This document shows positions 17,021 through 25,918 of a stretch of DNA of 28,720 bases, piece by piece (positions within the stretch are counted from its first letter, which is position 1; every line of letters starts with the position of its first letter). A model generated the notes under the pieces. The model had not been told where the DNA came from, searched no databases, and saw nothing but the letters and a program-made list of their open reading frames with translations. Position numbers and translations under genes: made by a program. The stretch comes from Candidatus Krumholzibacteriia bacterium (GTDB lineage: Bacteria > Krumholzibacteriota > Krumholzibacteriia > WVZY01): positions 1-28,720 of the forward strand of contig JBHHVD010000038.1 of the NCBI GenBank assembly GCA_046754105.1, given 5' to 3'.

Positions 17021-18349
17021 TCAGATTCGATCGAGGGCCCCGGCCAGCAGCCCGGCCAGGAAACGACGCTCGAACCTCTGGATTCTCTCTTCATCGCGGT
17101 CGAACCACGCGCCCCCCTCGAGGTAGCGGTCGTAAAGATCCGATAGAGCATCGACCGTGCCATCCACGTCGTCCGGCTCGACAATAATGCCCGCACGGGC
17201 CGCCTCGATGATATCACGAACTTCACCCTCCGGTACCAGCGCCAGCACGGGGTTGCCGGAGCCGAGGTAGCTGAAGAATTTCGAGGGTATCCAGCCACGG
17301 CTCTTCTCGCCGCGCGAGAGCACGAGCAGCATCACGTGCGATTTCTTCAGCACGGCGAGGTGTTCCCCGTAATCGAGGTATCCCAGGTGGTGAACGATGC
17401 CTTCCAGGCCCATCTCACGGACGACGGGCTCGTATCCCCGGCCGACGACCCCCATGAAGTTGACACGCAGGTGGTCCCGAACGTCCGGCCTCGACGCGGC
17501 GAATTTCTCCAGCGCCTGGAAAAAAACCATCGGCGAGTAGGTCTTCATTACGTCGTCACCCGCACTCGTTCTCCACGAGGAACCGACCGTGAAATAGAAA
17601 GCGCCGGCATAGGTAATGGAGAACTTATCGTACCTGCCCGGAGGCACCGTCTTGAAGTCCTCACTGTCGAAACCATTGTGGATCGAAACGAATTTATCCC
17701 TCGGTTGTCCCTCGCCGAAATCCCGCACCATCATCTCTTCGTTGATCCGCGTGTTGGCGATGACCAGGTCACTCGCCCTGACCATCGCCCGTTCCTGCGT
17801 TCGTTCCACCCAGGCGTGGAACGGGCTGCGGCGAACGTAGTTGATGTTCTGGGTCCATGGATCGCGATAGTCGATAACCAACTTGATTCCGCATAGTTTC
17901 TTGAGCAGGTATCCGATGAGAAACGATGAAAACGGCTTTCCCGACACATAAACGTGGCCTATTCCCTCGCGCTTGACGGCCCGGTATCCCAGCCAGGTCG
18001 CCGCCGGCACCCAGGTGACTTTGTCGTCCGGGATCATGAAGAACGCCCACAGCCGGCACAAGCGATTGTAGACTCTGGATCCGAACGTCCGCCGGCCGGA
18101 TCTCGCCCGATTCGCCCGGTTCTCACCGGTGTTCAGTGCCTCGAACGATCGGGCGCGGTATACCCGCGTCCCGTCTGGAATGAGCGCATTCATCCGGTCA
18201 TCGTACTTCGCGTGCTTGCCGTTACGCACCGTCAGCACCACGCCTTGCCATCCGAATTCCGGCAGGTACCTGGCGAACTTCACCGACCGGTAAATACCGA
18301 CGTTGGCGGCCGGCGGAAAATCATATGCGATCATCAGCAGTTTTTTCAA
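17021..18349 (-). CDS. Glycosyltransferase family 4 (GT-B)
   Basis: LMIAYDFPP, IDYRDPW, IHNGFD, IPSKFFSYLG. TTG at 18349 chosen as start (just after the upstream stop); start uncertain. Confidence 0.85.
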   Translation of the reverse strand: MKKLLMIAYDFPPAANVGIYRSVKFARYLPEFGWQGVVLTVRNGKHAKYDDRMNALIPDGTRVYRARSFEALNTGENRANRARSGRRTFGSRVYNRLCRLWAFFMIPDDKVTWVPAATWLGYRAVKREGIGHVYVSGKPFSSFLIGYLLKKLCGIKLVIDYRDPWTQNINYVRRSPFHAWVERTQERAMVRASDLVIANTRINEEMMVRDFGEGQPRDKFVSIHNGFDSEDFKTVPPGRYDKFSITYAGAFYFTVGSSWRTSAGDDVMKTYSPMVFFQALEKFAASRPDVRDHLRVNFMGVVGRGYEPVVREMGLEGIVHHLGYLDYGEHLAVLKKSHVMLLVLSRGEKSRGWIPSKFFSYLGSGNPVLALVPEGEVRDIIEAARAGIIVEPDDVDGTVDALSDLYDRYLEGGAWFDRDEERIQRFERRFLAGLLAGALDRI

Positions 18350-18354
18350 ATCGT

Positions 18355-20469
18355 TTACCGGTTCTCTTCGAGTGCCCGTCCATTCCATTCGACGCGGGCC
18401 GGGTCGAAGCACACCGACAATCGGTCCCGCGCCCCTCCTCTATCGACGTCCACCACGACCCGGGCGTCTTCCCGGGGGCGGCACTCCGCTCGCACATCCT
18501 CGCCGGCAAAGGAGTGTACCAGCATGAGGGTATCGGTGAAATCGGCGCTCACCTCTATCGTCGTGCCGTATCGCAGGTCGCCGTACGCGGGTGAGTACCA
18601 GGATCGCTTGTCCGACCGGTCGCTGATGAGCCCGCGCGCGTACCCGGCGGACGAGAATCCGCGCAGGATAAACGCGCCTTTGCGCGTCATGCCCACGGCG
18701 GAGCCGTCATCGCCCACGTCCAGCCGCACCCCGAGGCGGGTCCCGTCCACGATCTCGAAGCGATCCGGGGGCAGCGGCGTATGAAAGAGTGCGCTCGCGC
18801 TGTGCACGACACTCTCCCGGCGCGGAGTGCCCACACGGTCCACGATGATCCAGACGACCTCACCGATCTGCGCCAGCACGCGCTCGTGGTAGAAATCGCC
18901 GCGGCTCGACGGCAGGACCTGCAGCGAGCCCACGGCCCTGCACTCACCGTCGCTCGAAAACCACGTCGTGCGCCCGCGGCGGGTCCCGACCCACTTGAAG
19001 GTCTCCTGGCTCGCCAGCGGGTCGCGGTCATCGATGAGCACGGAATTGTGTGCGCGGGCGCCCTTGAAATGCTCGCGGGCGGACTCGTCCTTCCCGTACA
19101 GGTAGGTGCCGGAATCGATGAATACCGGCGCGCCGGCGATCTCGAGCTCGAAGCTGCCGGCGTCGGAGTGGAGGTGGCCGTGGGAGAACGGGCTCGTGTG
19201 CTCCGGGCCGGAGGCATACACCAGGTGGCTCTCCCCCCCGCGAAAGGCGGTGAAGCCGGAATCCTGGCGATGGATGCTGCACTGCCCGGGCGTCTCCGTC
19301 CGCATTAACCTCCGTCCCCAGTCCGTGGCCGCTATCACCTCTGCGAAGTCGGGTTTTACAATTTCGGTCAGTGTGTGGCTCCCTCCGAAACGCCGCGCCT
19401 CCAGTTCCCGCATGGGTTTGAGAACCAGGAACTCCGTCAGGCTGTCGTCGCCGAACCTCGGCACGCGTCCCGTGGGTGAGCGAAACGCGAGGAAATTCTC
19501 GGCAAGCCTCGCCGTCCCGTCAATAAACGCCGAATCCGGCGGCTCATCCTCGAGACATTTCGCGTAGAGATAGAGCAGGTAGAAATCGAGCACGTAGGCA
19601 TGGTAATTAAAAGCGTTTTCGAAATGCATTCCGTCGGGCAATACCTGCCGTTTGATCTCGTCCGCGAGAATGCGCTCACACTCTCCACGCCAGCGTCCCG
19701 CACCTTCGAGAAGCGGCCACAGGGCCGCAAAAGTATAGAGGGTCGCGGCCTCGCCGATCAGATGGTTGTTCGGCGGGTCCCGGCGCGAGAAGTGTCCCGC
19801 CACGTATTCCGCCTGCCGCACCAGTGAACGCACGATACGCCCCAGGGACGCCTCTGGAATCGTGAACGTGAATCCAATCTCCTGGAGGCCCATCGTCCAA
19901 ACGACCAGCCGCGTGCCGATTTCGAGCGGGCTTCGCCAGTTGATACCCACCATGAACGGGTTCTGCTCCGTCCATGAATCGACCCACTCTACCCAGCGCC
20001 TCGCGAACCCATCGTCACCGGTCACGCGGTACGCGTACGACGCATCGAGCAGGAACATCATCTTGTTGAGATGCCACAGGAGTACCACATCCGAACCGCG
20101 TTTTTGCATGGAGAGCGCCCCCACGAACTTCCGTGGCCATACGACGTCGAATAACGGATCCCGGTGCCAATCGACGCCGGCGGCGGTCTCCAGCTGCCGG
20201 CCCAGTACTTCGATCTTTCCGGCGAGCAGGGCGCCGGTGCCGCGCGGCAGGTATTCCTCCCTGTAGGCACGCAGGAGCTGCGGCGTTTCCGGCAACCAGC
20301 CTCGAAACATCTGCGAATAGTACGTCGGCTGCTGAAACCGGCCCCTCATGTCCGGACGCAGCCGCGTCTCGATATCCGCGGTCTCCAATTCGACGCGGCG
20401 GTGCTCGAAACGGTACCGGCCCCTGGCGAGGGTTACACGCCGCGCGATCTTGTCCAGAAGGGTTCTCAT
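18355..20469 (-). CDS. Heparinase II/III-family (polysaccharide lyase-like) protein
   Basis: DWHRDP, NPFMVGINW, NNHLIGE, HGHLHSDAGSFEL, IDSGTYLY, AHNSVLID. Confidence 0.88.
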   Translation of the reverse strand: MRTLLDKIARRVTLARGRYRFEHRRVELETADIETRLRPDMRGRFQQPTYYSQMFRGWLPETPQLLRAYREEYLPRGTGALLAGKIEVLGRQLETAAGVDWHRDPLFDVVWPRKFVGALSMQKRGSDVVLLWHLNKMMFLLDASYAYRVTGDDGFARRWVEWVDSWTEQNPFMVGINWRSPLEIGTRLVVWTMGLQEIGFTFTIPEASLGRIVRSLVRQAEYVAGHFSRRDPPNNHLIGEAATLYTFAALWPLLEGAGRWRGECERILADEIKRQVLPDGMHFENAFNYHAYVLDFYLLYLYAKCLEDEPPDSAFIDGTARLAENFLAFRSPTGRVPRFGDDSLTEFLVLKPMRELEARRFGGSHTLTEIVKPDFAEVIAATDWGRRLMRTETPGQCSIHRQDSGFTAFRGGESHLVYASGPEHTSPFSHGHLHSDAGSFELEIAGAPVFIDSGTYLYGKDESAREHFKGARAHNSVLIDDRDPLASQETFKWVGTRRGRTTWFSSDGECRAVGSLQVLPSSRGDFYHERVLAQIGEVVWIIVDRVGTPRRESVVHSASALFHTPLPPDRFEIVDGTRLGVRLDVGDDGSAVGMTRKGAFILRGFSSAGYARGLISDRSDKRSWYSPAYGDLRYGTTIEVSADFTDTLMLVHSFAGEDVRAECRPREDARVVVDVDRGGARDRLSVCFDPARVEWNGRALEENR

Positions 20470-20590
20470 TCAATCCGCCCGTTCATGCCGCGCGCGCCAG
20501 AACTGCTACATCGCGGTGCATCGAAAAAGACATCCTCTCTGCTAATACAATTTGGAATCGCACGGGTGTGAAGTCTCGGAGCGACCGGAG

Positions 20591-23500
20591 TTATCCGGTA
20601 CTCGTTTCCTCGTTACGGACGGCATCGGCAGGAGGCACGTAATCGTCCCACGCCCGCACGTGCAAGTCCTCCAGGCGGTAGCGATGTATCGCCTGAGCGA
20701 AGAGGGCGGCCGTCTCGGCATTGACAAGAAGCGGGATCCCCCGATCGACCGCGTGCCTGCGGATGAGATAGTCGTTGGTGAGCTCTTCTTCCTCGATGGA
20801 TTTCGGTATATTCAGGACCAGGTCGACGTCTCCGGAGGCGATCAGGTCGAGCGCGTTCGGCCTGGCTTCGTCGAGAGGCCACGGCACGACCTCGGCGTGG
20901 AGGTCGTTCCTCTCCAGAAACTCCGCTGTGCCGGCGGACGCATAGAGCCTGAGCCCCACTTCCTGGAACTTGCGAACGGCGGGGAGCAACTTCGTCTTTT
21001 CCGCAACGGTGCCCGTCGACAGCAGCACGCCCTTACCGGGAATCGTGTACCCCACCGACAGGAGTGACTTGAGAAACGCTTCCTTGAGATCATCTCCAAA
21101 GCAGGCCACTTCGCCCGTCGAAGCCATCTCGACACCGAGCACGGGATCCGCTCCGGCGAGACGGGCAAACGAAAACTGCGGGGCCTTTACGCCGACGTAG
21201 TCCAGTTCGAAGAGCGAGCGCTGGAGCTCGCCGATCGGCGCACCCATCATCGCACGGGTGGCCAGATCTACGAAGTTCAGCCGGAAGACCTTGGACGCAA
21301 ACGGAAAGCTCCTCGACGCGCGCAGGTTGCATTCGATCACCAGTATCCGGCCTTCCCTGGCGAGGTACTGGACGTTGAAAGGACCGGTGATCGCTAGACT
21401 CCTCGCGATCTCCTTCGTGATGCGCTTGATCCGCCGGACCGTCTCGAGAAACACTTCCTGCGGCGGAAGAACGATAACGGCATCACCCGAGTGCACGCCG
21501 GCATACTCCACGTGCTCGGCCATCGCGTAGGCCACGACCCTGCCCTGGTGGGCGACGGCGTCCACTTCGATTTCTTTCGAGCGGGAAATGAATTCGCTCA
21601 CTACCACCGGGTGCTCGCGGCTGACCCGTGTCGCCTCGGAGAGGTACGTGCGAAGATCATCGTCCCGGTAGGCGACGTTCATCGCGGCGCCGGAGAGAAC
21701 GTAACTCGGCCGGACCAATACGGGGTATCCGACTTGCTGCGCGAAGTCCAAGGCGTCATGTGCGCTCGTCGCTTCGCTCCACCGCGGCTGGTCGACGCCG
21801 AGCTTGTCCAGGAGCGTGGAGAACTTGTGCCGATCTTCCGCCCGGTCGATGGAGGACGGCGGTGTTCCAAGTACCTTGATACCGGCACGATCGAGCGGCA
21901 GCACGAGATTGTTCGGCGTCTGCCCTCCCATGGACACCACGACGCCCAGCGGGTTTTCTTTCTCCCAGATATCGAGAATCCGCTCCAGTGAAAGCTCCTC
22001 GAAGTACAGCCGGTGCGCCACGTCATAGTCGGTGCTAACCGTTTCCGGATTGTGATTCACCACGATGGTCCGGTAGCCGAGCCGGTCCAGGGATTCCACA
22101 CAATTCACGCAGCACCAATCGAATTCCACGCTCGAGCCGATCCGGTACGCCCCCCCTCCGAGAACGATCACGCCGCCCCTGTCCCCCGTGGCGCCCCTCA
22201 CACTCTGCTCGAAAGGCACATCGTCGGTATCGCCGTGGTAAGTCAAATAAAGGTAATTCGTCTCGGCGGGAAACTCGCCTGCCGTCGTATCGATCTGCTT
22301 CACGACCGGCAGCACGCCCCGGCTCTTTCGATGGTGGCGTACGGCCTCGGCGTTGCCGGCCGCATCCGCGCCGGCGCCGTCCTCGAGCGTCCGGCCAATC
22401 TGAACGTCTGAAAAACCGGCCTGCTTGACCTCGCGCAGCAGGGGATCCGGGAGAGACCCAAGTGTGTGCCGGCCGAGCTCCTTGTGCAGACGAACGACGT
22501 TCGCGATCCGGTAGAGAAACCACGGATCGATTCCGGTCATCTCCCGGATTCGCTCGATATCCCAGCCGTCTCCGATCGCCATCGCGAGAACGAGCAGGCG
22601 GCGGTCGGTCGGGTTTTTCAGCTCCGACTCCAGGTCGATGTCCCCGCTGTACTCGCCGACAACTCCCTCGAGACCGGGGGACACCATACGCACGGCCTTT
22701 TGCAGCGCTTCCTCGAAGCTGCGGCCGATTCCCATCACCTCGCCGACAGATTTCATCGAGCTGCCGATCCGGCGCTCGGCTCCGCGGAACTTCGCCAGGT
22801 CCCAGCGGGGGACCTTGACCACCACGTAATCTAGCGCGGGTTCGAAGCACGCCGACGTCGCGCGTGTCACCGAATTCGGGATCTCCGCAAGGAGCCGCCC
22901 GCACGCCAGTTTCGCGGCCACGAAGGCAAGGGGATACCCCGTGGCCTTCGACGCGAGCGCCGAGCTCCTGGACAGTCTGGCATTCACCTCGATCGCGACG
23001 TACTCGCCGGTCGAGGGGTTGATCGCGAACTGGATGTTGCACTCGCCCACAACCCCGAGTTGGCGGATGGTCCGCACCGCCATCTCCCGCAGATCGTGAT
23101 ACTCATCGTTGGAAAGCGTTTGACTCGGCGCCACCACTATCGACTCGCCGGTGTGTATGCCGAGGGGATCGAGGTTTTCCATATTACAAACGGTGATGCA
23201 ATTATCGTCCCGGTCGCGGATTACCTCGTACTCGACTTCCTTCCATCCCTCGAGGGCCTTCTCGACGAGGAGCTGATCCGAAAACGCCAGCCCGGCGACG
23301 GCCGCTTCCGCGAGGCTTTCCCGGTCGCGGACCAGACGCGAGCCGAGGCCGCCGAGCGTGTAGGCCGTCCTCACCAACACGGGATAACCAAATTTTTCCG
23401 CGGCGGCAACGGCCGCTTCCGCCGTAGAAACGGCTTCGCTGGCGGGGACCGGGATCCCGATCCGGGTCAACCGCCTGGAGAACAGATCCCGGTCTTCCGT

Positions 23501-23908
23501 CTCGACGATGGTCTCGACCGGCGTCCCCAGGACTTTCACGTTGTATTTTTCGAGTACACCCTGCCGGTGCAACTCGAGCCCGCAGTTCAGCGCGGTCTGC
23601 CCGCCAAAACTGAGGACGATCCCGTCCGGTCTCTCGCGCTCGATAATCCTCGTGACAAAGTGCGCGGTAAGCGGGAGAAAATAGATGCGTGCGGCGAGAC
23701 CCTCGGACGTCTGGATGGTCGCGACGTTGGGATTAACGAGAACCACCTCGGCGCCCTCTTCCTTGAAGGCCTTGATCGCCTGGGTCCCCGAATAGTCGAA
23801 TTCACCGGCCTGCCCGATGGTGAGGCCGCCGGAGCCAAGGAGCAGAACCCGCCCCACGTGTAGCGGGTCGCGTTGAGACTTGGGAGGAATGGGTGAGAGC
23901 CTTGTCAT
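20591..23908 (-). CDS. carB: Carbamoyl-phosphate synthase large subunit
   Basis: [63 protein letters not shown], C-terminal MGS domain. ATG 23908 overlaps the carA stop (ATGA). Confidence 0.97.
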   Translation of the reverse strand: [1105 protein letters not shown]

Positions 23909-24996
23909 TGCTTTCGTACGTTCCGGACTTCTTCCAGGAATACGTCGAACAGGTAGCCCGTGTCGACCGGTCCGCAGACCGCCTCGGGGTGAAACTGTAC
24001 TGCGAGGTGCGGCCCACGCTTCGCACGCAGGCCCTCGACCGTGCCGTCGTTGCCGTTGGTGAACCAGATATCCCATTCATCGGCGATGCTGTCCGCGTCG
24101 ACCGCGTACCCGTGATTCTGGCTCGTAATGGCCCACTTGCCCGTAAGATTGTCGGTAACGGGCTGGTTCTGCCCCCGGTGCCCAAAGGGCAGCTTGAACG
24201 TCTTGCCACCCGTCGCCATCCCCAACACCTGGCACCCGAGGCAAATGCCGAATATCGGCTTCGGATCGGAGAGGAGCTTCGCGACGCGGCTCGCGATCAC
24301 CGCGGCCCGCTTGGGGTCCCCCGGGCCGTTGCTCAAGAGCAGCCCGTCGTATTCGTGGCCCTGGAGATCATAATCCCACGGCAGTACCGAAACCTTTGCG
24401 CCGCGCTTGAGGAGGCAGCGCAGAATGTTGTTCTTCACACCGCAGTCCACGACGCCGATGTGCAGTTCCCCCGTACCGTAGGTCACCGGCTCGGCCCGGG
24501 ACACCCGGGCGACGACGTTCTCGGCCGCCGGGTCGTACCACTCCGGCTCCGGATCCCCCTCGACGACGATCTTGCCGAGCACCGTGCCCCGCTCGCGCAG
24601 GTGAAGTGTGAGGGCTCTCGTGTCTATGCCGTAAACCCCTGGAACGCCTTCCGACGACAACCAGTCACCGAGCGAGCGCGACGCGTTCCAGTGATGGTAG
24701 TCACCGTTGTAGGTCGCGGTGACGAGGCCGCGGATGCGGACCTTGCCGGATTCGAAGTGCCGCGGAATACCGTTGTCGTCCTCTACCGCGGAAGGGACGC
24801 CGTAGTTGCCGATCAACGGATACGTCAGCACGAGGATCTGCCCGTAGTACGACGGGTCGGTGATCGCCTCGGGATAACCCACCATCCCGGTATTGAAAAC
24901 GACCTCCCCGGCCGACGGCTCGACAGCGCCAAAGACATACCCCGTGAACGCCGCGCCGTCCTCGAGTACAAGCGAGGCTTTTTTGGCCTCCGTCAA
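23905..24996 (-). CDS. carA: Carbamoyl-phosphate synthase small (glutaminase) subunit
   Basis: GEVVFNTGMVGYPEAITDPSY, LSNGPGDP, GICLG (catalytic Cys), SQNHGYAV, QFHPE; TTG start with RBS AAGGAG. Confidence 0.97.
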   Translation of the reverse strand: MTEAKKASLVLEDGAAFTGYVFGAVEPSAGEVVFNTGMVGYPEAITDPSYYGQILVLTYPLIGNYGVPSAVEDDNGIPRHFESGKVRIRGLVTATYNGDYHHWNASRSLGDWLSSEGVPGVYGIDTRALTLHLRERGTVLGKIVVEGDPEPEWYDPAAENVVARVSRAEPVTYGTGELHIGVVDCGVKNNILRCLLKRGAKVSVLPWDYDLQGHEYDGLLLSNGPGDPKRAAVIASRVAKLLSDPKPIFGICLGCQVLGMATGGKTFKLPFGHRGQNQPVTDNLTGKWAITSQNHGYAVDADSIADEWDIWFTNGNDGTVEGLRAKRGPHLAVQFHPEAVCGPVDTGYLFDVFLEEVRNVRKQ

Positions 24997-25014
24997 AACG
25001 CATTCTCCTTTGGG

Positions 25015-25048
25015 GCCGCAACCGGCCGCGCCGCAACCGGCCGCGCCG
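25015..25048. repeat. 15-bp perfect tandem duplication
   Basis: GCCGCAACCGGCCGC at 25015-25029 and 25030-25044, plus partial GCCG. Confidence 0.85.
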
Positions 25049-25207
25049 TCCCGGACACATGGCTGCCACGGCGGCGACCGGCGAGACCTTGCCGGCCGGG
25101 TCGCTATCGTTCCATCCTCGGGAACAAGCCCACTCCCGGCGGGACCGATTCGGGAATGGTCACTGCAGAATCCCCAAACGGCTGCGACACAGTCCTGGGT
25201 GTCGAGT

Positions 25208-25432
25208 CTAGAACAGTGTATAGATCAGCGGCGCTATCGGCGTACCGAACAAGAGTATGAGAACACCGAGGATCAGGGACACCACTATAATCGGCGCCAG
25301 CCACCATTTCTTGTTGTGGCGGAGCAACCCCCAAAACTCGTTGACCATTCCTTGTGATTTCTGATCCACGAGATCGGCGAGCTCGCTGGCCTGTTGCTGC
25401 TGATCGACGCCGGGTCGAGTTTCCTTGGTCAT
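25208..25432 (-). CDS. SxtK-like (DUF5989) small membrane protein, 74 aa
   Basis: RBS GGAG; ...EFWGLLRHNKKWWLAPIIVVSLILGVLILLFGTPIAPLIYTLF*; located after sxtI-like and sxtJ-like genes. Confidence 0.88.
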   Translation of the reverse strand: MTKETRPGVDQQQQASELADLVDQKSQGMVNEFWGLLRHNKKWWLAPIIVVSLILGVLILLFGTPIAPLIYTLF

Positions 25433-25452
25433 TTTGCTTTCTCCGTCGATTG

Positions 25453-25869
25453 TTAGTACTGGCGGAAATAGCGAGCCAGCTCCGCCGCGGTTCGATGTTC
25501 GACCCAATACGTCGCCGCGCCCGGGTCGAGGCGGCGCTTCATCGGGTCGTACCCGAAGAGCCTCATGACGAGACCGATCGGAGTAACCACCAGATAGTAT
25601 ATCACGATCAACACGAGGTGTGAAAACGTCCATCCAACCGGGAAGAACGCCCTCATCCACCCCAGATAGAGGGGTATACGCAGCGGCGGGATCGCGTAGA
25701 AGAGCAGCGCGAGGAGCGTGCCCACACTCCACAGAACGTAGGCCGCGGTGGGGGCATGGAACTTGAAATAGGCGACGCTGCCCACCGCTCCAAAAAACAC
25801 GAGCATGACGGCGCCGAACCAGCTCAGTTCGCGTTTCGACGGCGTCGATTTGATTTCTATTACGGCCAT
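25453..25869 (-). CDS. SxtJ-family membrane protein, 138 aa
   Basis: Start MAVIEIK; RELSWFG, YLGWM, YYLVVTPIGLVMRLFGYDPM, TYW, RYFRQY*. Confidence 0.88.
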   Translation of the reverse strand: MAVIEIKSTPSKRELSWFGAVMLVFFGAVGSVAYFKFHAPTAAYVLWSVGTLLALLFYAIPPLRIPLYLGWMRAFFPVGWTFSHLVLIVIYYLVVTPIGLVMRLFGYDPMKRRLDPGAATYWVEHRTAAELARYFRQY

Positions 25870-25918
25870 AACTTCTGTCCTTCGTAAACGTGGTGTACGC
25901 GTGGCGCCCTCGAACCCG

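Noticed and set aside
17005..17298. N-terminal extensions in the ORF track (dehydrogenase; also carB to 24076, sigma from 13189, MauE from 15001, SxtK to 25732)
   Set aside because: Most overlap neighbouring genes, and all precede the recognisable family N-terminus; downstream starts fit better.
15691..20469. Alginate operon
   Set aside because: An AlgD-like enzyme is present, but there is no alg8/alg44/algG/algK/algE and the transferase is GT4.
23893..25260. 455-aa plus-strand ORF
   Set aside because: Antisense shadow of carA.
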